In this document: piece by piece, positions 1-8,353 of the stretch
Position numbering within the stretch: position 1 is the first letter of the stretch
Layout: each line of letters starts with the position of its first letter
Source: Chrysochromulina tobinii
Taxonomy: Eukaryota
DNA: 41,959 nt
Direction: 5' to 3'
Assembly: GCA_001275005.1 (NCBI GenBank)
Contig: JWZX01003363.1
Location: 1-41,959, forward strand
Position numbers and translations under genes: made by a program
Notes under the pieces: generated by a model
What the model was told of the DNA's origin: nothing
The model's input: only the letters and a program-made list of their open reading frames with translations
Databases searched by the model: none

Positions 1-381
1 CATTGAGTCTTCCTGGCGACAGAGGTGCCGAACATGGCCTGATCATGTCGGCGCGATCCTATTGCGTGAACCCCGTTTGAGCTGGTAGCGATCCCCACGG
101 CACACACCAGTCGCGTCTGTCGTGTTAACGTTCACACAGTCCCGAGAATTCGCCTGTGCGGGCGGCGTTTCGCCCACGAGTTTCGACGTCTATTGACGAA
201 CCTGAGGTGTGAAAGTCGTTGCAGATGAACAGAATCCGGCCCGGCGCGAGGAAAACTACGAAATCGCCATCGCGAGCGCACATGAGACTAACGAAAAGCC
301 GAGCACACAGGTCACACTCCACGGCCCTCCAGCGCGACGTATCTCATATCATAGATGATCACGCATGTGTGCAATTTGGTC

Positions 382-1379
382 TCACTTGCTCTTGCTGGCA
401 GCATCAACGCTGAAGCGGCCGGGCCCAAGCGCGACTAGGAGCAACAGACCGCCTACGGGCGTCATCGCCTGGAAAAAGTGGAAGCGCTTGTGGTCGGCGT
501 TGCGCCCGCCCTCCCAAAAAGGGAAGCGAACAAAGGCGTCGGTGAACACGGCGAGAGCGATGATGCACGCACAAGCCTGTGTCTTGTACCCGAGCCACAC
601 CATGAGGCCGGCGAGCAGGATGAGGATATAGGTCGTCGAGGCGATGCCAACCACGATCCCTGAGTCATCAGAGTAGAACATCTGCAGCCATGGGAGGCGG
701 AGTGAGAGAGCGTGCGTGTGCGTGCGTGTGCGTGTGTGTGCGTGAGGGAGAGAGAAGAGGGATTCACCTCGGACAGGCGCAAGCCAAAGACGAGCGCCAG
801 GTCGACCGTGAGCATCACCCGCGAGAGGAGCTGGATCCAGGGCACGATCGTAGCTGCCTTGTAATGGTCTGCTGAGGCCAGGTGAGTGGCGAACGGGCTC
901 TTGCGAGGGTAGGCGACAAAATGTGCCTCCGCAAAGACGATACCGCACGCGCCAAGCTGCGCCATGCTGAGCGTTAAGAGCTCGACATTCGTGAGCTGGT
1001 TGAACAGGATGGGCTGCAGGATCACGGTGAAGGCGATGGCGCATGTGACGATCATCACAGGCACGGCCATGCGTGGCACGGCCGCGGTCGGAATGATGAT
1101 GATAGGGCTCACGAGCTGGACGCCGGCAACGAAGAGCAGCATCGCGCCAGCGATTGAGCTTGGCAAGCCCACGTGCTTCGCAATGAACGCAAGCTGCTCG
1201 TTCCACATGGTTATGCACCGGATTGAATCCTCGAGGTATGTCAGTACCGTAAAGAGCGTGGCGACGCACGACAAGATGGTTGAGGCCGTGGTGGCCGTGG
1301 GTACCTTGGCGCGCGAGAAGTGCTCGGACTCTAATTCATCAACGTCCACCAATTCGCGTCCAGGCGACTCGAGGTCCAT
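382..1379 (-). CDS. SURF4: SURF4/Erv29-family ER cargo receptor; 2 exons (1379-768, 681-382), ~303 aa
   Basis: Motifs LTYLEDSIRCITMWNEQ and FHFFQAMTPVGGLLLLVALGPGRFSVD match SURF4; several TM segments; Lys-rich C-terminus (SKSK). A phase-0 GT..CAG intron at 767-682 joins the two ORFs in frame. Confidence 0.88.
703..757. repeat. (GA)/(GT)/(GCGT) microsatellite inside the SURF4 intron
   Basis: Reads tgagagagcgtgcgtgtgcgtgcgtgtgcgtgtgtgtgcgtgagggagagagaag directly. Confidence 0.85.
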
Positions 1380-1540
1380 CCGCTCCGAGAACAGCGTTGC
1401 TTGCTGCGAAGAGAGCGCAGCATTAGTTGCAGCATTTCCATTTTTAGAACAACGTCAATTCGGCGGCAAACAAAGTAATCATCCTTCGCTAATTTAGCGG
1501 GCGTGCGTGCCGTGCCTTGTGCGTGTGCACTTCGCGAAAG

Positions 1541-2292
1541 CTACTTTGCAGCTTTGTCGCTCGGGGTGGCGCGTTTGGCCACCGCCTCCAACGCCTCATC
1601 GAGGTCCACGCTCACCTCGAGCGTGTCGAGCTCCACCCCGACGCGCGCCGCCTGGGCGAGCTCGCGCAGCCCCGCGCCAGCCGTCGTGGCGAGCCGGAGC
1701 TCCTCGGGCAGCGTGAGCGTCGCACCCACATCCAGGCTGCAGCCTCGCGCGAGCTCCACCCGGTGGATCAAGCTGAGGCCGCTCGAGGCGAATTTGCGCC
1801 GCAGCCCCAGCTTGGCCTCCACCGTCGGCCGCCACGTGCGCAGGTCTAGGGCGGAGCGCATCTCCAACTTGGTCGCGGCGTCGAGGATGCCGGGCAGTAA
1901 CACGAGCTTCCTCCACTCGAGGGTGCGCAAGTTGGTCAGCTTGAAGCGGCCGCCGCTGTCTGCAATCGCATGAAGAGACGGTTAGTCGCAGCATGCAAAA
2001 CGAGCTGGGAGGCGAGGCGCGTGTCATTTGAGGCGCGTGGTGCTGGTGGGGTGGGGGGCTGGGGTAGCACGCAAGGCGGCTGCGCACACGCATCGTCCTT
2101 GTAAGTAGCCTGCACATTGAGTTCGCCGTTCGTATTGAAAGTGCCGCCGATGGCAAGGCCGCTGGCAAGAGTCTTGCTCATTGAGAGGGTCGGTGTGATT
2201 GAGTTCGACAAGTCCAACGGTCCCGGCAGCGTGTTTCCTGCTGCGGCGCATGGAAGGCACGCGATGGCGATGATGAACATTAGGACTGTCAT
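1541..2292 (-). CDS. Uncharacterised signal-peptide protein; 2 exons (2292-2088, 1959-1541)
   Basis: N-terminus MTVLMFIIAIACLPCAAAG looks like a signal peptide. A GTGCGC donor at 2087 and TTGCAG acceptor at 1960 join the two ORFs in frame (..DDAY-SGGRFKLTNLRTLEW..). Confidence 0.6.
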
Positions 2293-2410
2293 TCGCGCGG
2301 AAGCGAGATTCACGAGAAGTTAATCTTTTCAGAGCGCTCGGCCTCAACTCGCGTGAAGGGTTGACGTTGGGTCGCTGCACGTCGCAGCGCCGTAACGGGC
2401 GCTTCAGTTC

Positions 2411-2477
2411 ATGTCTGCCCCTTGACTGTCGAAGCCCTCGAGCATGTCTGCCCCTCTGACTGTCGAAGCCCTCGAGC
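2411..2477 (+). repeat. Tandem duplication (33/34 bp) of the first codons of the LRR gene
   Basis: atgtctgcccct-tgactgtcgaagccctcgagc (2411-2443) precedes atgtctgcccctctgactgtcgaagccctcgagc (2444-2477). Confidence 0.95.
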
Positions 2478-3925
2478 GCGAACGGCAGGCGCGGCTCAAG
2501 GAGGCCGTCGCGGGTGAGCCGGACTACATTGAGGAGGAGGAGCCCGAAGACGAGTGGAAGGATGATAAGCGCCAGAGCTTCACGCGGCAGCAGAAGGCGT
2601 TCAGCAGCCTCGCTGACATGCCAACTTGTACGTCATACTCGGCCGCCGAGAAGCTCGTCCTCAAGACAATGAAGGCTGGAGGAAAGCTGCTTGATCTTCG
2701 GTTAGACCTCACCCTGCAAAGGCTGCAGGTGGTACCCGGAGAGGTACTGAAGCTCGGCGACTCGCTGCGTGAGCTCACAGTGGTCGGCAACCGCATCTGC
2801 GAGATGCCCGCTGAGCTCGACCTGTGCCGACGGCTCCGCGTGCTCAACCTCGCTGCCAATGACCTCTCGGGGCTGCCCGACCTCACCCGGCTCAAGGAGC
2901 TCGCGCACGTCGGCCTGGCCTGCAACCGGGTGGACGATAGCAGTCTTCCCGCGGTCGTGCGTAGCTTGCCAGCAAGCCTCGCCTCGCTCGACCTCGGCGC
3001 GAACGAGCTATGCAGCCTCGAGAGCCTGCTCAGTGCCTTCGAGGCGCGAGCTCTGCCGGGGCTGCGCCAGCTGACGCTCAAGTCGAATCCGCTCGGCCTC
3101 ATCCGGCTCTACCGGCTGCGTGTAGCGGCCACAAGCTTTGGCAGCGCGCTCACGTTGCTGGACGAAGTGCCACCGCCGCCGAATGCTGCCGCGGTGCTCG
3201 AGGACACAATGGCCGCCGCCGCCGCCGCCGCTGCCGCCGCCGCCCCTGCCGCCGCCCCTGTCGAAGCCGAGGCGGACGCCGACGCTGAGGGCGCAGAGGA
3301 GCAGGCAGCAGCGATGGCGGCGCAGGCGGCGGCGCTGGCCTTGTCCAAATCAAAGCGGACGGCGTTCCGAGTGACCATCGAGCGGCTCGGTGGGGTGCCG
3401 CCGAGCGACCTGCCGCCGCCGCCGCCGCCCGAACCGCCGCCGGTGGATCCGAAGGCCAAAAAGGGGGCGCCGCCTCCGGAGCCGGAGCCACCAAAACTGG
3501 AGGACCTCGAGTGTTTGGTCATCTCGTTCTCCATGACGGGCGAGACGCGCTCCACACGACCAGTGCCGCGTGGCACTGAGAGCGTCATCGACTTTGAGGA
3601 CACGGCTGTGGTGCTCGAGCTCGAGCGCACCGTGGCACTGCGTGATGAGCTCCTCATCACGGGCATTCCCTTCGAGGTCCTCTCGGTGCCTCCGAAGGCC
3701 AAGCCTATCGAGGGCGAGGCGCCGCCCGCCACGACGCCGGTGCTCATCGGGCGGCTGGTGTCGCACTGGGCGCCCCTCGCGGAGGGCGAGACTAAGATGA
3801 CGCAGGTGTGCCAGCAGATCATCCAGCCGCCCGCGCCCGAGGGCGCGAAGGCGAAGCGCGGCAAGAAGCCCAAGCTGCCGCCGCCCTTCACGCTCTCGCT
3901 CGCGGTGACCATCGAGTTGGTCTGA
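2444..3925 (+). CDS. Leucine-rich repeat protein (SDS22-type LRRs with LRR cap; possible C-terminal C2-like domain; LRRC43-like, possibly ciliary)
   Basis: Repeated LxxLxLxxNxL (LRVLNLAANDL, LASLDLGANEL, LRQLTLKSNPL), cap motif YRLRV, and DPKAKKGAPPP segments typical of flagellar proteins. Confidence 0.85.
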   Translation: MSAPLTVEALERERQARLKEAVAGEPDYIEEEEPEDEWKDDKRQSFTRQQKAFSSLADMPTCTSYSAAEKLVLKTMKAGGKLLDLRLDLTLQRLQVVPGEVLKLGDSLRELTVVGNRICEMPAELDLCRRLRVLNLAANDLSGLPDLTRLKELAHVGLACNRVDDSSLPAVVRSLPASLASLDLGANELCSLESLLSAFEARALPGLRQLTLKSNPLGLIRLYRLRVAATSFGSALTLLDEVPPPPNAAAVLEDTMAAAAAAAAAAAPAAAPVEAEADADAEGAEEQAAAMAAQAAALALSKSKRTAFRVTIERLGGVPPSDLPPPPPPEPPPVDPKAKKGAPPPEPEPPKLEDLECLVISFSMTGETRSTRPVPRGTESVIDFEDTAVVLELERTVALRDELLITGIPFEVLSVPPKAKPIEGEAPPATTPVLIGRLVSHWAPLAEGETKMTQVCQQIIQPPAPEGAKAKRGKKPKLPPPFTLSLAVTIELV

Positions 3926-4370
3926 GTCAACTGAGAGACGTGTGAGCACATCATGGGGCGCACAAGGGGCGCACCAACACCATTTTTCTTTCTCTATGTC
4001 TGATGTTTGAGCCATGTCGCTGCTCGTAAATTAGAAGCGAGCTGCAGGGACGAGAGACCAGAGCGTGAAGATCTCGAGTCATCTGTATACTGTAAGCCGG
4101 CTGGCCAGGCGCCGGCCAAACGGCAACCGACGACGGCGGATGCCGGACGAGGACCTGCGCGCGCTCCGCACAACCCAACGGACAATCCACAAATGCCGCG
4201 CCGCGTGCGCGCACGCAAACCTCCGTCTATTAACTCGCCACAATTTTTCAACGGTGTGCCGGGGTCCGGGCTTCGCCCCCGCTGGGACCCGCGGTGTAGC
4301 GTGTACACACACCGCCCGAACGGAACACTCCGTCCACACGTCGCATGCTGAACAAGCTGCAGGGCGCGAC

Positions 4371-7052
4371 TCATGACGACATCCGCCGTGGGCCGGCCCC
4401 ATCGTCTTCGAGCGCCTCCTGCTCCTCATGGTCCCGCTCGGCCGCCTTGCTGATCTCGGCGAGCAGCGCATCCTCCGCCGTCAGCAGCTGTGAACCTTGT
4501 AGGCTGGGCAGCGCATCGAGGAAGCTTTCGAGCGCGTGCGAGAGTGATTCAAAGGTGGGCATCGGCGCGAGTGCAGGTGCGATTTGAGCGAGCAGACCCA
4601 TGATGGCGTCCATCATCTCGTGCGCCTCCTCGGACGAGCGAGGTTGCGTGGTGATCGTCGACTGGTACGCCAGCAGCAACTCGACAGGGGTGAGCACCTC
4701 GGCACCATCGGCCGCGGGAGCGTCGGCGTCAGCGTCGGCGCCGCCTCCTGCGCCACCGCCCTCGGCGCCCACCTCGGCGCCCCCGGCGGTCCCGGCGGCC
4801 ACATGCGCATTGGGCCCCTGCAGCACGACGAGCAGCTCCACAGCTACCGTCTGGAGCGCCGTGACGGCCATCATCTCGTCCAGGGAGCTCATTCGACCGG
4901 ATTCGTCCATTTGGTCGACGTGCACCGCGTAGGAGGAGTTCTCGCGCGACAGCACGTCTGAGCGGTCACTGGGCATCCGGAGAGGCGCCGGCCACCCGTG
5001 AGCGCCGAGGTGAGCGCCTGCGTCTCTCGAGCTGCCCCACGTGGTCGCGATCTCGATCGATCTCGATCTCGAGCTGGCACCATGGTCGACCGATTCGCTG
5101 CACGAGCTCTCCGAAATCTCCGAAATCTCCGAAATCTCCGAGCCCAGTCGCTCGAGCGTCGTGACGAGCGTCGGCCTGCCCTCGGCGCCCGCCTCGGCGC
5201 CCGCCGCACCGCCTGCGAACAGTCCAAAGGTACGCGGAGGGCGTGCACCTTTGACACGGCCCGTCATCGGAGGCATCGCCCCCTGCACCCCCCAACCGCC
5301 TCCGCCGCCCAAGTCAACATCGAGGTCGGTGAAGGACTTTGTGAGCGACGAGAGGGCTGGGGGCTCAAAGGAACCGCCCGCACTACCCGTCGACATGGCG
5401 CGGCTCGGCAGTCGCTGCAGCGGCGGCGGCGGCGGCGCGAACAGGGACCAGAAGGTCTCCGACTCTCCTCCCTCCCTCTCGTACGGGACAGCCGAGTCGC
5501 TCGGCAGGTGATGGTACTTGCGTAGCCTCGCCACGTGGCGCTCGAGCGCCATCAGGTCGCTCTCGGGCGTGGGCGCGCCGGCGGGCAGCCACACCGCCGC
5601 CGCACCCTCCCGCTGCACGACGAGAGGGCCACCGCCGCCCTTTGCGCATAGGAGCTCGCGAACGAGCTCACGCTCCCGCGCCAGGGCTTCCTCACTTTCG
5701 AATGCACCGCCATCGAGGGTGAGGAGGTGCGGGCACGTGGGCAGCGCGACCGAGTGCATCGTACGCGGCGGACCCTCAGCGCCAGCCGACGCAGGCGCAG
5801 CCGAGCCTGAAGCGACCGCCGCCGCGGCCGCAGCCGAGGTTCCACAGGTCAAATCTCCGGTCAAATCTCCGAGCAGGGCGCCCGAGCCGAGCGCCGTACC
5901 GAGCGCCCATGCCTGCGTCGTCTGCGGCGGCGCTTCGATGCTTGCGCCCCACTGCAGCAGCGCGCACGCGAACCCAATGTTCGGGTTCACCGTCGGGCGC
6001 GCGGCACGCACCAGCTCGAGCGCGTCGTCGTATGCGAGCCCGCGCTTCCACATGATGTAGGCGATCACGAGCGTCGCGGAGCGTGAGACGCCGTGTTGGC
6101 AGTGGACGAAGACGGTGCCGTGCTCCTGCTCGATCGTGTCGTCGATGAAGTCGAGCACGTCGTAAAAGACGGCTGAGATGTCCTCGCGCGCTGTGTCGAG
6201 CAAGTTGAGCTTCAGGTAGTGGAAGCGGTGTGGGAAGTGGTTGGCACAGATCATGCCCGCGCAGTTGACGATGGCGGTGACGCCCTCGGAGGCGAGCTTG
6301 GCCTCGTCGCGCGCCGAGTGCTCCGCGCCGATCAGCAGCTGCCCGGGCAGCACCGTCGACAGCTTGTGATCGAACTCCAGGATCATCCGACGCTGCGACT
6401 GTGCGCCCGGGCGCGAACCCGGCGTCGGACAGCCACGCATCACGTTGGCTGACGATGGACGCGACGAGCCGACTGACGACGCGGCGGAGCACGGGCGTGA
6501 GGAAGCTTGCGACGAAGGCGGGCGCGACGTGATCACGATCACCGGACCTCCCATGGGCCGTGACAGCTGGCGCGGCGGCACCGAGACGGCGAGGTCGCGC
6601 GCGCCGGCGCCGCATCGATGGGTGAAGCTGTTGCTGCCGCCGCCCGCGCCGGCGGCCGGGTACGAGTCCTCCGCCTCGGCCGCCGCGGTCTCGAACAAGG
6701 CCGCGCGGTTGAGCGCGCGCCGGTCCGCGTCGGGCGAGACGGTGATCGCCGGCCGGCCCAACATCATCATCTTGTGGTGGCTGCGCTCGCGGAAGTTGAC
6801 CGATGGCGGCGAGTGGTTACTGATCACCGGGCTGCCGGCCAGCGGCGACGACTGGCTGCTCGAGTTGGACGGTGCGATGGCAATCTCTTCCATCTCCGGG
6901 AATCCAGACGAGTTGCGCCGCTGCAATTCGGCCTCCAGCCCGCGCAGCCGGCTTGCGAGGAGTATGGGCGTGAATTGCACGCGGAGCGCTATGTGGTCCA
7001 CCTCGCGATCGGCCATGGGGTCCTCCTCGCGCTCGTTCGGTGCATCGCCCAT
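4371..7052 (-). CDS. Dual-specificity (MAPK) phosphatase with gelsolin-like segment, plant MKP1-like architecture
   Basis: Catalytic [14 protein letters not shown] and [10 protein letters not shown] motifs; downstream [22 protein letters not shown] is gelsolin-like. First ATG at 7052. Introns in the low-complexity tail cannot be excluded. Confidence 0.85.
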   Translation of the reverse strand: MGDAPNEREEDPMADREVDHIALRVQFTPILLASRLRGLEAELQRRNSSGFPEMEEIAIAPSNSSSQSSPLAGSPVISNHSPPSVNFRERSHHKMMMLGRPAITVSPDADRRALNRAALFETAAAEAEDSYPAAGAGGGSNSFTHRCGAGARDLAVSVPPRQLSRPMGGPVIVITSRPPSSQASSRPCSAASSVGSSRPSSANVMRGCPTPGSRPGAQSQRRMILEFDHKLSTVLPGQLLIGAEHSARDEAKLASEGVTAIVNCAGMICANHFPHRFHYLKLNLLDTAREDISAVFYDVLDFIDDTIEQEHGTVFVHCQHGVSRSATLVIAYIMWKRGLAYDDALELVRAARPTVNPNIGFACALLQWGASIEAPPQTTQAWALGTALGSGALLGDLTGDLTCGTSAAAAAAVASGSAAPASAGAEGPPRTMHSVALPTCPHLLTLDGGAFESEEALARERELVRELLCAKGGGGPLVVQREGAAAVWLPAGAPTPESDLMALERHVARLRKYHHLPSDSAVPYEREGGESETFWSLFAPPPPPLQRLPSRAMSTGSAGGSFEPPALSSLTKSFTDLDVDLGGGGGWGVQGAMPPMTGRVKGARPPRTFGLFAGGAAGAEAGAEGRPTLVTTLERLGSEISEISEISESSCSESVDHGASSRSRSIEIATTWGSSRDAGAHLGAHGWPAPLRMPSDRSDVLSRENSSYAVHVDQMDESGRMSSLDEMMAVTALQTVAVELLVVLQGPNAHVAAGTAGGAEVGAEGGGAGGGADADADAPAADGAEVLTPVELLLAYQSTITTQPRSSEEAHEMMDAIMGLLAQIAPALAPMPTFESLSHALESFLDALPSLQGSQLLTAEDALLAEISKAAERDHEEQEALEDDGAGPRRMSS

Positions 7053-7218
7053 GGTCGGCCTATTCGGTTCGATTTCCGTGCGCTCCACGAAGGCGCCGGC
7101 CGAGCTTTTCCGACCAACGCGGGCGCCCTCGTCCTAATCACCAAAACGGCGCTTTCGAGAAGATGCGTGGCATTCGCTGCACCTCCGCACGGATGTGTCG
7201 TGCGGGCGGACATTGTAA

Positions 7219-7265
7219 AAATCGGGTCCGATTTACCCTGTGGGAAACGCACATTTTTTCCCACA
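7219..7265. promoter_or_regulatory. Two inverted repeats in the divergent phosphatase/RPL18 promoter
   Basis: AAATCGG-GT-CCGATTT (7219-7234) and TGTGGGAAA-N9-TTTCCCACA (7239-7265). Regulatory role inferred from position. Confidence 0.45.
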
Positions 7266-7340
7266 CGACGCCCATTTCCCCACACGCCCATCTTCTTGTC
7301 ACGTGGGCGCGTGGTACTCTGCTCTCTGCTCTCGGTCGCG

Positions 7341-7910
7341 ATGGGTATCGACATCCGCCACAATAACTACCGGAAGAAGGGTGGCCGCCACGCGCCCGTG
7401 TCCGAGAACCTCTACCTCCGGCTGCTCGTCAAGCTTTACCGCTTCCTGGCACGCCGCACCGGCGCGGACGCCAACAAGGTGATCCTCAAGCGCCTCTTCA
7501 CCTCGCGTGTCAACCGCCCGCCCATCTCGCTCAAGACGGTTGCGAAGCACCTTGGCGACAGCGGGAAGATTGCCGTCATTGTGGGCAGCGTCACCGACGA
7601 GGTTCGCACCTTCGACTGCCCCGCGATGACTGTGTGCGCGCTCCGCTTCACCAACACTGCGCGGGCGAAGCTCCTGAAGGCGGGGGGCACGTGCCTCACC
7701 TTCGATCAGCTCGCGCTCAAGGCGCCCCTCGGCGAGAACTGCATGCTGCTGCGCGGCTGCAAGTCGCACCGCGAGTCCGCCAAGCACTTTAGCGCCAAGT
7801 ACGGCGCCCCCGGCACCCCGCACGGCACTGCCCGGCCGTACGTGCGCGCCAAGGGCCGCAAGTTCGAGAAGGCGCGTGGCAAGCGTGCGTCGCGTGGCTA
7901 CCGCAACTAA
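7341..7910 (+). CDS. RPL18: 60S ribosomal protein L18 (eL18), intronless, 189 aa
   Basis: [50 protein letters not shown] is the canonical eL18 sequence. True ATG at 7341. Confidence 0.98.
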   Translation: MGIDIRHNNYRKKGGRHAPVSENLYLRLLVKLYRFLARRTGADANKVILKRLFTSRVNRPPISLKTVAKHLGDSGKIAVIVGSVTDEVRTFDCPAMTVCALRFTNTARAKLLKAGGTCLTFDQLALKAPLGENCMLLRGCKSHRESAKHFSAKYGAPGTPHGTARPYVRAKGRKFEKARGKRASRGYRN

Positions 7911-8353
7911 GTGGCCCGCACGTAGAGCGCGGTATCTCGGGAAGCCGCAGAGCGTTGACGTTTACATCGTTGTGTATGATTCATCACTGTCATGGCTATT
8001 TTTCTCATCCGTCTTGCGTCTACGCTACTGCCTACTCTCGCGTCTGCTCTGCGCCCCTCCTCGGAGGCTCTGTATTACGCACGACGCACACATTCACGTA
8101 AGGGACTAGCTCAAAAACGCTGACTACCGTCCAGCCGGTCTTGCAAGTTGCCCGATCGACATGCCGAGCGGAATCCCCAAATTACTCGACATTATGCCGC
8201 CCTCTCTAAACGCTGTTTCCCTTACAGCAGCTTTCAGGTTTAGTTTTAGAATTAAACTTCACAGCCAATGGGAAAACTTCACACCATTCGCAGACTCGCG
8301 TGTAGCTTCCGAGCGCACGACGATGCATCCGAGCGCGAGAGCGAGCACGCGCG

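Noticed and set aside
1..330. Short ORFs at the window start
   Set aside because: No recognisable motif; cannot tell a gene end from intergenic DNA.
3926..4370. Several 90-130 aa ORFs between the convergent LRR and phosphatase genes
   Set aside because: No motifs; expected by chance in GC-rich 3'UTR sequence.
6618..7340. 240-aa N-terminal extension of the RPL18 ORF
   Set aside because: Antisense to the phosphatase gene and its promoter; eL18 homology starts at ATG 7341.
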